Source of the DNA: Verrucomicrobiales bacterium
Lineage (GTDB): Bacteria; Verrucomicrobiota; Verrucomicrobiia; Verrucomicrobiales; DEV007
DNA: 39,671 nt
NCBI GenBank assembly: GCA_013003335.1
Contig: JABDJT010000571.1
Coordinates: 1-39,671 of the forward strand
Direction: 5' to 3'
Shown: one piece after another, positions 8,788-16,681 of the stretch
Position numbering within the stretch: position 1 is the stretch's first letter
How the letters are laid out: each line of letters begins with the position of its first letter
The notes under the pieces: model-generated
Told to the model about the DNA's origin: nothing
Seen by the model: the letters and a program-made list of their open reading frames with translations, nothing else
Databases searched by the model: none
Program-made: the position numbers and the translations under genes

Positions 8788-9335
8788 TTTTCGTAGAACT
8801 CCGGTTTTAAAACTCCGATCTCCGGCAGATTGCGATACTCGCCGTTGTAATCCAGCCCGTAGCCGACCACGAATTCGTCCCCCACTTCGAACCCGACGTA
8901 ATCCGCCTCAATCTCGACAGCGCGCTCGCATTGCTTGGAAAGAAATACGCAGGTTTGAATGGAAAGCGGTTGGCATTCGCCCTCAAACCGTGACTGGATC
9001 GCAAACAGCGTGCGCCCCGAATCGAGGATATCATCCAGGATCAATACGTGTCGGCCATTCAGGTCCGGCATCCCGTTTTGATGAAATTTCACTGTGCCGG
9101 AACTCGACGTCCCCTCATAACTCGACACGCTGATCGACTCGATTTTCAACGGAAGATGAATTTCACGGATCAGGTCGGCCATGAACAGGGCTCCGCCCTG
9201 CAAGATCGTTACCACGCTGAGCGGACGCTTGTCTTTGTAATCCTTCGTGATAGCTGCACCCAGATCCGCGATGCATTTTCGGATTTCAGTTTCACCGAAA
9301 AGAATGCGCTCGAGGTGATTTCGCGGACCGGACAT
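8784..9335 (-). CDS. hpt: Hypoxanthine phosphoribosyltransferase
   Basis: PRPP-binding motif VLILDDILDSGRTL and C-terminal VVGYGLDYNGEYRNLPEIGVL, both typical of Hpt. Length 183 aa. Confidence 0.9.
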   Translation of the reverse strand: MSGPRNHLERILFGETEIRKCIADLGAAITKDYKDKRPLSVVTILQGGALFMADLIREIHLPLKIESISVSSYEGTSSSGTVKFHQNGMPDLNGRHVLILDDILDSGRTLFAIQSRFEGECQPLSIQTCVFLSKQCERAVEIEADYVGFEVGDEFVVGYGLDYNGEYRNLPEIGVLKPEFYEK

Positions 9336-9381
9336 GGGCCGACAGGATTAGCTCTGCCCGCCCGAAAATCCAATCGTTTTC

Positions 9382-10254
9382 TCACCGGCAGATCCCTTCC
9401 TGGATGGCTTCCTCGATAAATTTCTTGTGAGCCTGGACCCGATCCCATAGGGAGAATTCGCTGGGCGTTTCGAAAGTCAGCGTGTAACGGGCCATTTTCA
9501 AAAAGAGGAAAATCGCCTCGGGATAGCCGCCATTGAGATGCGTTTCGACGCGCTCGCGGATCCCGTCCTCGAATCCGAGCAACACCGCGTTTTCAAAATC
9601 ACTGCCGTCAATTTCGTCACGGGGATCGCGGGGAATGATGGTCGAGACCCGTTCAAGAACGGCATCGCCGAATGTCTCCCCTTCCCGGCTCAACTCGTAC
9701 AAGTAGATACCCTGTGCGTCGTAGTCCTCGTGCAAATGGAGTGCAAGCCGGATCTTGCGATCTTTCATAAACCAGTGCCACGCGGCCAGCACGGGAATCG
9801 ATTTGTCCTGGAACAACCGGTTGAGATCCCGGTTCTCAGAATCGTGCCGGGTGTTTCCGATGAGTCCGGAGGGATTGAAGCACGGAAAAATGACCGCGCC
9901 GTTTTCGCGCAAAAAATCGATATTGGCAGACGCCCACTCGATCAGCCCCCACACGCCGGCAGGCTCGTCGCCATGGACGCCGGCGCAGAGATAAGTGCCC
10001 GTCTCGGCATCGACCCGTTTTTGCGTTTCATAAACGACGAATGGTTTCCCAACTTCGTCGTGGGCTAGGATGACCTCTTTCAAGCGAGCTGCCTCCGCAA
10101 TTTCACGCCAACGGTCAAGAACCGCGTCGTAATCGTGCGCGGAATGCCGGGAGAGAAATTCCTGTTCGGGCGTCATCTTCGAGGAACGAACCGGGATGGC
10201 CTGCCAATGACCCGGATTCGGTGGAATGTGCTGCATCGTCGCCATGATGTCCAT
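9382..10254 (-). CDS. M14-family zinc carboxypeptidase / succinylglutamate desuccinylase-aspartoacylase-like protein
   Basis: Zinc-ligand motif GVHGDEPAG (HxxE) and a downstream LHLHEDYD histidine. Length 290 aa. Confidence 0.65.
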   Translation of the reverse strand: MDIMATMQHIPPNPGHWQAIPVRSSKMTPEQEFLSRHSAHDYDAVLDRWREIAEAARLKEVILAHDEVGKPFVVYETQKRVDAETGTYLCAGVHGDEPAGVWGLIEWASANIDFLRENGAVIFPCFNPSGLIGNTRHDSENRDLNRLFQDKSIPVLAAWHWFMKDRKIRLALHLHEDYDAQGIYLYELSREGETFGDAVLERVSTIIPRDPRDEIDGSDFENAVLLGFEDGIRERVETHLNGGYPEAIFLFLKMARYTLTFETPSEFSLWDRVQAHKKFIEEAIQEGICR

Positions 10255-10301
10255 TGGACGGACAGCAAAGCCGCTTCATACGCGAAAAACGCAATTTCGC
10301 C

Positions 10302-11090
10302 TCAAATCGACATCGCGGAAAATCCTCCGTCGACAATCATTTCTGCTCCCGTGATGAACGAGCCGGCATTTTCTGCGGCCAGCAGAATTGTAGCTCCAAT
10401 CAATTCGTGCGCTTCACCGAACCGGTTCGCCGGTGTATGACCCATGATGGAGGCAACACGATCTTCGGTCAGGACTTTGCGGTTCTGCTCAGCGGGAAAA
10501 AAGCCCGGGACGAGCGTATTCACGCGAATTTTTTGCTCCGCCCACTCCCGGGCCAGGTTTTTCGAAAGATTGTGCACGGCGGCCTTGCTGGCGGAATACG
10601 TAAAAACACGACTCAATGGTCCGAGGCCGGAAATCGAGCCGAGATTGATAATCGATCCGCCGGACCCCTGTTCGAGCATCTGTTTTCCGAAAATCTGGCA
10701 GCTGCGCAGAATGGAGCCGAGATTGATGTCGATGATGCGGGCAAACTCCTCGTCCGGGATCTCCAACACGGGCGTTGGGGAGTTGATTCCGGCGCCATTC
10801 ACCAGGATGTCGATTTTGCCGGAGCGATTCAGCACGGTGCCGAGCAAATCAGTGAGCGATTCTCGTGAGGCGACGTCAGCCGCTGCGAAATAGGCGGAAC
10901 CTCCGGCCTCTTCAATACGGGCGACACGCTCGGCCCCTTTTTCCTCACTACGGCCGACCACGGCCACTTCGGCGCCAGCCCTGGCCAGCCCCTGGGCCAT
11001 CTCGCCGCACAATACACCCGTCCCGCCAATCACGACGGCCGTCTTTCCGTCGAGAGAAAACAGATCGCTGAGAAATTTTTCGCTGCTCAT
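10302..11090 (-). CDS. Short-chain dehydrogenase/reductase (classical SDR)
   Basis: [10 protein letters not shown] (TGxxxGxG), LVNGAG and YSASKAA (YxxxK). The ATG at 11088-11090 (MSSEKF...) is preferred over the TTG at 11126. Confidence 0.85.
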   Translation of the reverse strand: MSSEKFLSDLFSLDGKTAVVIGGTGVLCGEMAQGLARAGAEVAVVGRSEEKGAERVARIEEAGGSAYFAAADVASRESLTDLLGTVLNRSGKIDILVNGAGINSPTPVLEIPDEEFARIIDINLGSILRSCQIFGKQMLEQGSGGSIINLGSISGLGPLSRVFTYSASKAAVHNLSKNLAREWAEQKIRVNTLVPGFFPAEQNRKVLTEDRVASIMGHTPANRFGEAHELIGATILLAAENAGSFITGAEMIVDGGFSAMSI

Positions 11091-11172
11091 GAACGATTGG
11101 TTACGTGTCAGCCCTGTTTGATGCAAGCCTCAAGTTCGATTCGGCGATGCGGGATCGAATTCGCTCACGAAT

Positions 11173-11206
11173 CAACAGGGTGGGTTTGATGAACAGACCC
11201 TGTTGG
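11173..11206 (-). repeat. Palindromic intergenic element, copy 2 (reverse orientation)
   Basis: CAACAGGGTGGGTTTGATGAACAGACCCTGTTGG. Its reverse complement matches copy 1 apart from a few loop positions. It lies between divergent gene starts (11090 minus, 11500 plus). Confidence 0.85.
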
Positions 11207-11499
11207 TTCGGGAGCAGCCCTTTTAAGGCGGTGAATTTTTCAATAATCTTTATAATTTTCACTTTTTCTGCTACATTTGGGTGTCAATTAGCCTCAAATC
11301 CTGCGAAAACGCCGAAAACCTTGGAATTTCGAGCCTCAAATTTGAAAAAATTATAAAACTTCCATTTTTCCTTTGTTTTTATAATAATTATGGTTTATAT
11401 TATTAATGAGGTCAGATGTCGGCTATCCAGCCGGTTGTCTCCCTCTTCTTCAAACCAAGCAAAAAACAACCGAAATAAGTACACCTGACTCATAATAAA
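11207..11499 (+). promoter_or_regulatory. AT-rich ~290 bp upstream region of the prepilin-like gene cluster
   Basis: Markedly AT-rich compared with the flanking DNA. Contains several TATAAT-like strings (ctttataatttt, aaaattataaaac, ttataataatta) and a 10-mer AGCCTCAAAT repeated directly at 11290 and 11332. No specific promoter could be assigned. Confidence 0.4.
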
Positions 11500-11907
11500 A
11501 TGAAAGTGAACAAAAAGAACCCGTTGGCGGCTGGATTCAGCCTTGTAGAAATGCTCGTTGTGATTGCCGTTATCGGCATTATCGCAGCGATCGCCGTGCC
11601 GAACATCGGCAAAATTAACGACTCCGCGAAGGACGCTCGTAAGCGCCGGAACGCTCAGAACATTGCTTCTGTGTTTGCTTCTGCGCAAGCAGCCGGCCTG
11701 GATTTCTCCACCGGTCTTACGACCGAATCGGACATCATCGGTGCAGTCATCGACGGTGGTACCGTTACTGAAGTTGGTCCGTTTAACGGAACTTTCTTCG
11801 GCGTGCCGAATGTCGACAAAACTGTTGCTGGAAGTGAAACCGACGGTGCTGCCAAGTACCTCTCGTGGGATGCCACGAACGGTCTCCTTCTTTACACCGG
11901 TAAGTAA
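11500..11907 (+). CDS. Prepilin-type N-terminal cleavage/methylation domain protein (pilin/pseudopilin-like 1, candidate major subunit)
   Basis: Class III signal: MKVNKKNPLAAG|FSLVEMLVVIAVIGIIAAIAVP with Glu at +5. 135 aa, no Cys. Followed by a 209-bp spacer containing a GC-rich hairpin. Confidence 0.85.
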   Translation: MKVNKKNPLAAGFSLVEMLVVIAVIGIIAAIAVPNIGKINDSAKDARKRRNAQNIASVFASAQAAGLDFSTGLTTESDIIGAVIDGGTVTEVGPFNGTFFGVPNVDKTVAGSETDGAAKYLSWDATNGLLLYTGK

Positions 11908-11936
11908 TCCCGGCGTCTGAAAGAAGATTTTGATTT

Positions 11937-11966
11937 CCGCCCGCTGGTTCGCGTTTCGCGGGCCGG
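11937..11966 (+). terminator. GC-rich hairpin downstream of the first pilin-like gene (possible attenuating terminator)
   Basis: CCGCCCGC (11937-11944) pairs with GCGGG-c-CGG (11958-11966), one bulge, 13-nt loop. There is no U-tract, so it is not a canonical intrinsic terminator. Confidence 0.25.
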
Positions 11967-12115
11967 CGGGCTGAATCAAATCAAATAACTGAACGAAAAA
12001 GAACCCGACCGAACCTTCCCAAAGATCGACGAGCCCAATCCAGCAGACTGACCCTCTCAACGATTTCGATTTTTATACCCGGACATTTTCAACTCCAATT
12101 TTTCAGAAATCAGGC

Positions 12116-12553
12116 ATGAGAACTTCAACGATTGAAAACACTCCGAAACGGGCCGGCTTCACGATGGTGGAGCTCTTGATTGTGATCTCCGTGATCGGAA
12201 TCATGTCCGCCCTGGTCATCTCCGCTTTCTCCAACGCCGCGCAGGATACCCGGCGCGTGATCGCCCGACAACAGCAGGCCGCCGTTCAAAATGCGGTAAA
12301 TGCCTGGGTCACGCAAAAATCTGCAACGGATGGTCTGGCAGCCACGAAAACCGCCTACAACGCCGCCGGAATGACGAGCATGGGTCGGGTAAAACTCGCC
12401 GGAAGTTTCCTCGATGAGACCACCCTGGATCATTTTGATTCGCAAACGACGGACGACAACCAGGTCAAAAGCGCCGCTCTGAAAAAGACGGGGCAATATC
12501 TCCAACTGGGCGCGTGGGCCGACGGCAGCTATCCCAAGGTTGAGTTGAAATAA
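12116..12553 (+). CDS. Prepilin-type N-terminal cleavage/methylation domain protein (pilin/pseudopilin-like 2)
   Basis: MRTSTIENTPKRAG|FTMVELLIVISVIGIMSALVISAF with Glu +5. 145 aa, no Cys. Confidence 0.85.
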   Translation: MRTSTIENTPKRAGFTMVELLIVISVIGIMSALVISAFSNAAQDTRRVIARQQQAAVQNAVNAWVTQKSATDGLAATKTAYNAAGMTSMGRVKLAGSFLDETTLDHFDSQTTDDNQVKSAALKKTGQYLQLGAWADGSYPKVELK

Positions 12554-12596
12554 CTCCAATCATTTTCCTCTGAACTCCAAAACTTCGTTTCCTACT

Positions 12597-13004
12597 ATGA
12601 AAATCCAATTTGCAAACCGCCCCGCTGACCAATCCGGCTTTTCTCTTGTCGAAGTGCTTGCAGCTGTCGGAATCATCGGCATCATCGCCTTCCTCGCCAT
12701 CCCGAATATCGTGGCGATCAAGGAGGAATCCGAGCGCAACCTTGCAATCTCAAAGGCGGAAGCGCTGAACATGGCAATCTCCTCCTATATCCAGGCCAAT
12801 GGCCGTGATATCGCGGAGACGGACTACAAGTCGGCGACCAGTGAGAATCTGCGATACCGCAAACTGGCTCCCTACATGAGTTTTGCACCGACCAATTTCG
12901 ACGACTACAAGCCGAATGGTTACGGACTCGATCTGCCGAATGACTTGGCGAACTTGACGAAGACGGTTCTCACAGATCCAGCCGGTGATCCGATCGACTA
13001 TTAA
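12597..13004 (+). CDS. Prepilin-type N-terminal cleavage/methylation domain protein (pilin/pseudopilin-like 3)
   Basis: MKIQFANRPADQSG|FSLVEVLAAVGIIGIIAFLAIP with Glu +5. 135 aa, no Cys. Confidence 0.85.
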   Translation: MKIQFANRPADQSGFSLVEVLAAVGIIGIIAFLAIPNIVAIKEESERNLAISKAEALNMAISSYIQANGRDIAETDYKSATSENLRYRKLAPYMSFAPTNFDDYKPNGYGLDLPNDLANLTKTVLTDPAGDPIDY

Positions 13005-13033
13005 TTCTCATTCGACTCAACCGGAAAATTCCA

Positions 13034-13543
13034 ATGAATCTTCAATCGCAATCCAATTCCAAGCGAGCCATCCGCGGGATGTCTCTCTCGGAATTGATGA
13101 TCACGATCTCGATCCTGGGGATTCTCGCCGCAGTGGCAGTGAATGCGTATGGAGACATCTTCGGGAAGTCGAAAGATACGATTTCCCAGAATGTCGTGGC
13201 CACGCTGAACAAGGCGACCCGCGAATTCTCCTATTCGCAATGGGATTTGGAATACACGGCAACACCAACCTCCGCCAAGGACGAGATGTATGTGCTGCGG
13301 ACTTTGCAGTGGAAAGATCCCGATAATTCTGAATTGAATCCAAAAGGGCCGTTTATGCGTCAGGACTGGAATCCAACCACATCAAGTGACACGAAAGATC
13401 ACCGAATCGAGTGGACTGGTTCAGCCTGGAAACTGACGAAGCCCGGAACGGCCGGAACCGGCCTGAAAGTTGCTTTTGATGGCACAGACCTGGGAACTCC
13501 TCACGTGCACGCCACCGGATTCACCCCGGCTGGAGCCAAGTAA
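13034..13543 (+). CDS. Prepilin-type N-terminal cleavage/methylation domain protein (pilin/pseudopilin-like 4)
   Basis: MNLQSQSNSKRAIRG|MSLSELMITISILGILAAVAV with Glu +5. 169 aa, no Cys. Confidence 0.8.
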   Translation: MNLQSQSNSKRAIRGMSLSELMITISILGILAAVAVNAYGDIFGKSKDTISQNVVATLNKATREFSYSQWDLEYTATPTSAKDEMYVLRTLQWKDPDNSELNPKGPFMRQDWNPTTSSDTKDHRIEWTGSAWKLTKPGTAGTGLKVAFDGTDLGTPHVHATGFTPAGAK

Positions 13544-13681
13544 TCGATTATTTTGTCTTTCGAGACGAGAAACACACGAAACAAACCCCAAATCCAACAA
13601 ACCAAAAACAGACAGATTCCCCATACCGAGAAACGACACCGAGGCAACAATCCCGATTAGAAACCAAACTTTCGCCTCAAG

Positions 13682-15901
13682 ATGTCTACCACAGTCCAAT
13701 CTCCTCCCCAGAACCCGACCAATATCATTCCCGCCCCGGGGGTTACCGATGCCATTCCCGCTCCCGGAGTCGAGCCCGGTGGCAATCCGTCCGGCACCGG
13801 TATGGGTACTCAATTCGCCGATTCCTTCGCTTCCGGCCTGATGTCCCTCGAGGGCACCGCTGTGCAATTCGGCTTGCTTCCGGTGGAACTCCCCCGGGAA
13901 AACTGCTCAGTTGAAGCAGAAACAGTTCTTCGAAAACTGGGACGCTTCCCTCACAGCGACAATCCCTGGCTCCCTGTTTCGACCATCGGCCCGCTCCTGA
14001 TTTTCGGTCACCACATGCCGAAAGCAGATGACATGTGGGGTTTTCCGCCCTGCTTCGCCGCCCGAATCGCAATTTCCCAGGAGCAATACGAAAATGTCCG
14101 CAAAGACCTCGTCTCGCGGCTCTCCACTTCGCCGCTTCCGAAAGAGGGTCAATTCGAAAATATCACCCCTCCCCAACTTGGACCGGGAGATCACGAGGAC
14201 GCGTTTAAGTGGCTGCTTCAGAACTATCCATTCGATGCGAAGGAAAAGGAGCGTCTCGAAATGCTCTACAGTGAAGCGGTCGAAAAAGCCGGTTACCTCG
14301 ATGTTGAAGGCTTCAACGGTCTGCAACCCAACCTGGGCGTCGCTCTCGATTACATCATCAAAGGCCCCAGCCAACTCGTGTTCAACCCGGAGGAAGCCGC
14401 CCGCCAGGAAACCTTCCCCGCTCCCCTTCTCGAAAAACACACCGTCTATCCGGTTTATATCGGTGAGCACAAGATCTACCTGCTCACTGCCAACGAGACG
14501 GATTTTGCATTCGAAGACGAGTGGCTTTCCCAGGGGAATGATCCCGTTGAATTCGTCCCTGTTCTCGCCGACAAGCGCCTCATCAAATCCGCGATTTCCC
14601 GGGCCGGGACAACGCTGAACGCCCAGGCCGGTGTCGAGATTGAAGAGGACACTCTTTCCCTCTCCAATAACGCCAACCTCGTCGAAATCGAGCCGGAAGA
14701 CATGGCGGAAATCAATCCGCAGAACGTGAATCACACCCCCGAGGAAATGATTCACTGGGTTCTTTATACCGCCGTCACCAACCGCGCATCCGACCTTCAC
14801 CTTGAGAAATTTTACAACGTTGTCCGATTCCGTGCCCGGATCGACGGCAAACTCCGCACCATTTACTCGGCTCCGGAGGAAATGATGCTGCGTTTTATCG
14901 CGCTCATCAAAAACTACTCAAACATGAGTCAATCCCGTCAGGAAGCTCTGGACGGCCGATTCGCCATGTCGATCGGAAACCGCATGGTCGATGTCCGTGT
15001 CGCTGCTGTCCCCTGCCGACGCGACAAGCAGAAGATCATTATGCGATTCCTCGACAAGCAGGACGGGCTCAAAGAGCTCTCCGAATTGAATTTGAATCGC
15101 CGCCAAAGCACGCTCATCAAGCGCGTCATGAGCCGCGACCAAGGCATGGTGCTGATCACCGGTCCCACCGGTTCCGGTAAAACGACAACCCTCTACGCCC
15201 TCATCAACTCGGTGAACGAAGAAGGAATCAACATTCACACCATCGAGGATCCGATCGAATACGAAATCGAAGGGATCAACCAGACCCAGACCGATCCCAC
15301 CCACGAACTCACCTTCGCCAACGGACTCCGCGCCCTGCTTCGTTCCGACCCGGATGTGATTCTCATCGGGGAGTGCCGGGACCAGGAAACCGCGACTGCG
15401 GCCGTTAATGCCGCCCTCACTGGTCACCTCGTCCTGACCACCCTGCACGCCAATGACTCGCTTCGGGCCATCTCCCGACTGCTCTCCATGGGCGTCGAAC
15501 CCCACTTGGTCGGCGACTCCCTCGCCATGACTCAGGCCCAGCGACTCATGCGCCGGCTCTGCAGTTACTGCAAACGCCCCATCGAACCCACTCCCGACAT
15601 TCTGCAGATCATGCATAAACAGGGCGTTATCACGGAAATGCCGAAGGAACCGATTTACGTCGGCGTCGGCTGCCCCGAGTGCCAGGGATCCGGATATCGT
15701 GGGCGGGTTGCCCTGATGGAAATGTGCGAAGTCAATGCCGAGATCGCCGATCTCGTCGAGCGCCAGGCTCCCCAAACCGAACTGCGGAACGCAGCGCTCA
15801 AAACCGGTTTTCAAACCCTCTACCAGGAAGGCCTCAACCAGGTTCTCGCCGGAACCACCACCATGGATGAGATCAAGAAAGTCTCCTACACCGCCTTCTA
15901 A
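13682..15901 (+). CDS. GspE/PilB-family secretion/pilus assembly ATPase with an extended N-terminal region
   Basis: Walker A LITGPTGSGKTTTLYA, Walker B/Asp box DPDVILIGECRD, His box TGHLVLTTLHAND, and a tetracysteine motif CSYCKRP ... CPECQGSGYRGR. At 739 aa it is longer than the typical ~500-570 aa. The N-terminal ~45 aa are Pro/Gly-rich. Confidence 0.9.
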   Translation: MSTTVQSPPQNPTNIIPAPGVTDAIPAPGVEPGGNPSGTGMGTQFADSFASGLMSLEGTAVQFGLLPVELPRENCSVEAETVLRKLGRFPHSDNPWLPVSTIGPLLIFGHHMPKADDMWGFPPCFAARIAISQEQYENVRKDLVSRLSTSPLPKEGQFENITPPQLGPGDHEDAFKWLLQNYPFDAKEKERLEMLYSEAVEKAGYLDVEGFNGLQPNLGVALDYIIKGPSQLVFNPEEAARQETFPAPLLEKHTVYPVYIGEHKIYLLTANETDFAFEDEWLSQGNDPVEFVPVLADKRLIKSAISRAGTTLNAQAGVEIEEDTLSLSNNANLVEIEPEDMAEINPQNVNHTPEEMIHWVLYTAVTNRASDLHLEKFYNVVRFRARIDGKLRTIYSAPEEMMLRFIALIKNYSNMSQSRQEALDGRFAMSIGNRMVDVRVAAVPCRRDKQKIIMRFLDKQDGLKELSELNLNRRQSTLIKRVMSRDQGMVLITGPTGSGKTTTLYALINSVNEEGINIHTIEDPIEYEIEGINQTQTDPTHELTFANGLRALLRSDPDVILIGECRDQETATAAVNAALTGHLVLTTLHANDSLRAISRLLSMGVEPHLVGDSLAMTQAQRLMRRLCSYCKRPIEPTPDILQIMHKQGVITEMPKEPIYVGVGCPECQGSGYRGRVALMEMCEVNAEIADLVERQAPQTELRNAALKTGFQTLYQEGLNQVLAGTTTMDEIKKVSYTAF

Positions 15902-15958
15902 CCGGAATTTTTTTCACCTAAGCAACCAACTTTATTTAAACCCGAACGGAAAACTACC

Positions 15959-16495
15959 ATGACGAACCAGACGTCCACCATGGGCCAACACCAGGCCCCC
16001 ACCACCACAGCCGGGATGGAACCGCATAAAATTCTCGTCGTTGACGATGAGCAGCCCATGCAGGTTCTGGCCTCGACTATCATCCGCAAACTCGGTCACA
16101 AACCCAAAACGGCCAGTAGCGGAGAAGAAGCCCTCGAAATCTACCGGGAACATTATGAAAAAGGCGAGCCCTTCGCCATTATCATCATGGACCTGGCCCT
16201 GCCCGGCGGAATGTCCGGCCTCGAATCGACCATTGCGATCAAGCAAATTGATTCCGAAGCCCGCGTCATCGTCAGCAGCGGATACCTCGAGCAAAACGCC
16301 CGCGGCGCCGCCATCGAACACGGTTTCGCCGGAATCCTGCCCAAACCCTACACTTCCGACCGGCTCGCCAGCGAGTTGCGTTGGGTGCTGAAACAGGCTT
16401 CCGCAACCGAAACCGTCACTCCCGTCGTTTCCAATACCCAGGTTACACCGGCGCCCGTCCAGCCCACAGGGCCAGCTGACAAGACCGATTCCTGA
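15959..16495 (+). CDS. Stand-alone CheY-like response regulator receiver protein
   Basis: KILVVDDEQ (acidic pocket), IIIMDLALPG (phospho-acceptor Asp), VIVSSG and LPKPY (conserved Lys). There is no output domain. The C-terminal tail is Thr/Pro/Val-rich. Confidence 0.85.
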   Translation: MTNQTSTMGQHQAPTTTAGMEPHKILVVDDEQPMQVLASTIIRKLGHKPKTASSGEEALEIYREHYEKGEPFAIIIMDLALPGGMSGLESTIAIKQIDSEARVIVSSGYLEQNARGAAIEHGFAGILPKPYTSDRLASELRWVLKQASATETVTPVVSNTQVTPAPVQPTGPADKTDS

Positions 16496-16613
16496 TCTCT
16501 TTCCTCCGCCTTACTTCACGGAAGAAGACCTGCCTGATACAGGCACCTCGTGGAGACGGAATTTCGTTCGGGAGGCGTTCCGTCCCACGGGGTGCATCAG
16601 GTTTTACTACGAA

Positions 16614-16648
16614 CCAACAGGGTTTGTTCGCCAAACCAACCCTGTTGG
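16614..16648 (+). repeat. Palindromic intergenic element, copy 3 (best hairpin; terminator-like)
   Basis: CCAACAGGGTTTGTTCGCCAAACCAACCCTGTTGG. The palindrome extends to 13 bp (CGAACCAACAGGG / CCCTGTTGGTTCG, 16610-16652) and is followed by a T-run, TTTTTGCGTTTT. Lies downstream of the response-regulator gene. Confidence 0.85.
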
Positions 16649-16681
16649 TTCGTTTTTGCGTTTTCCTAATCACAAGGCAAA

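Noticed and set aside
11105-12060. ORFs 11105..11356 (+) and 11395..12060 (-) in and around the AT-rich spacer
   Set aside because: The first is read through the palindromic element (the MNRPCWFGS peptide) and AT-rich DNA. The second is antisense to the pilin-like gene with its clear class III signal peptide.
13907-15814. Two ~298 aa minus-strand ORFs (13907..14800, 14918..15814)
   Set aside because: They are antisense to the GspE/PilB-family ATPase gene, which has complete Walker A/B, His-box and tetracysteine motifs.
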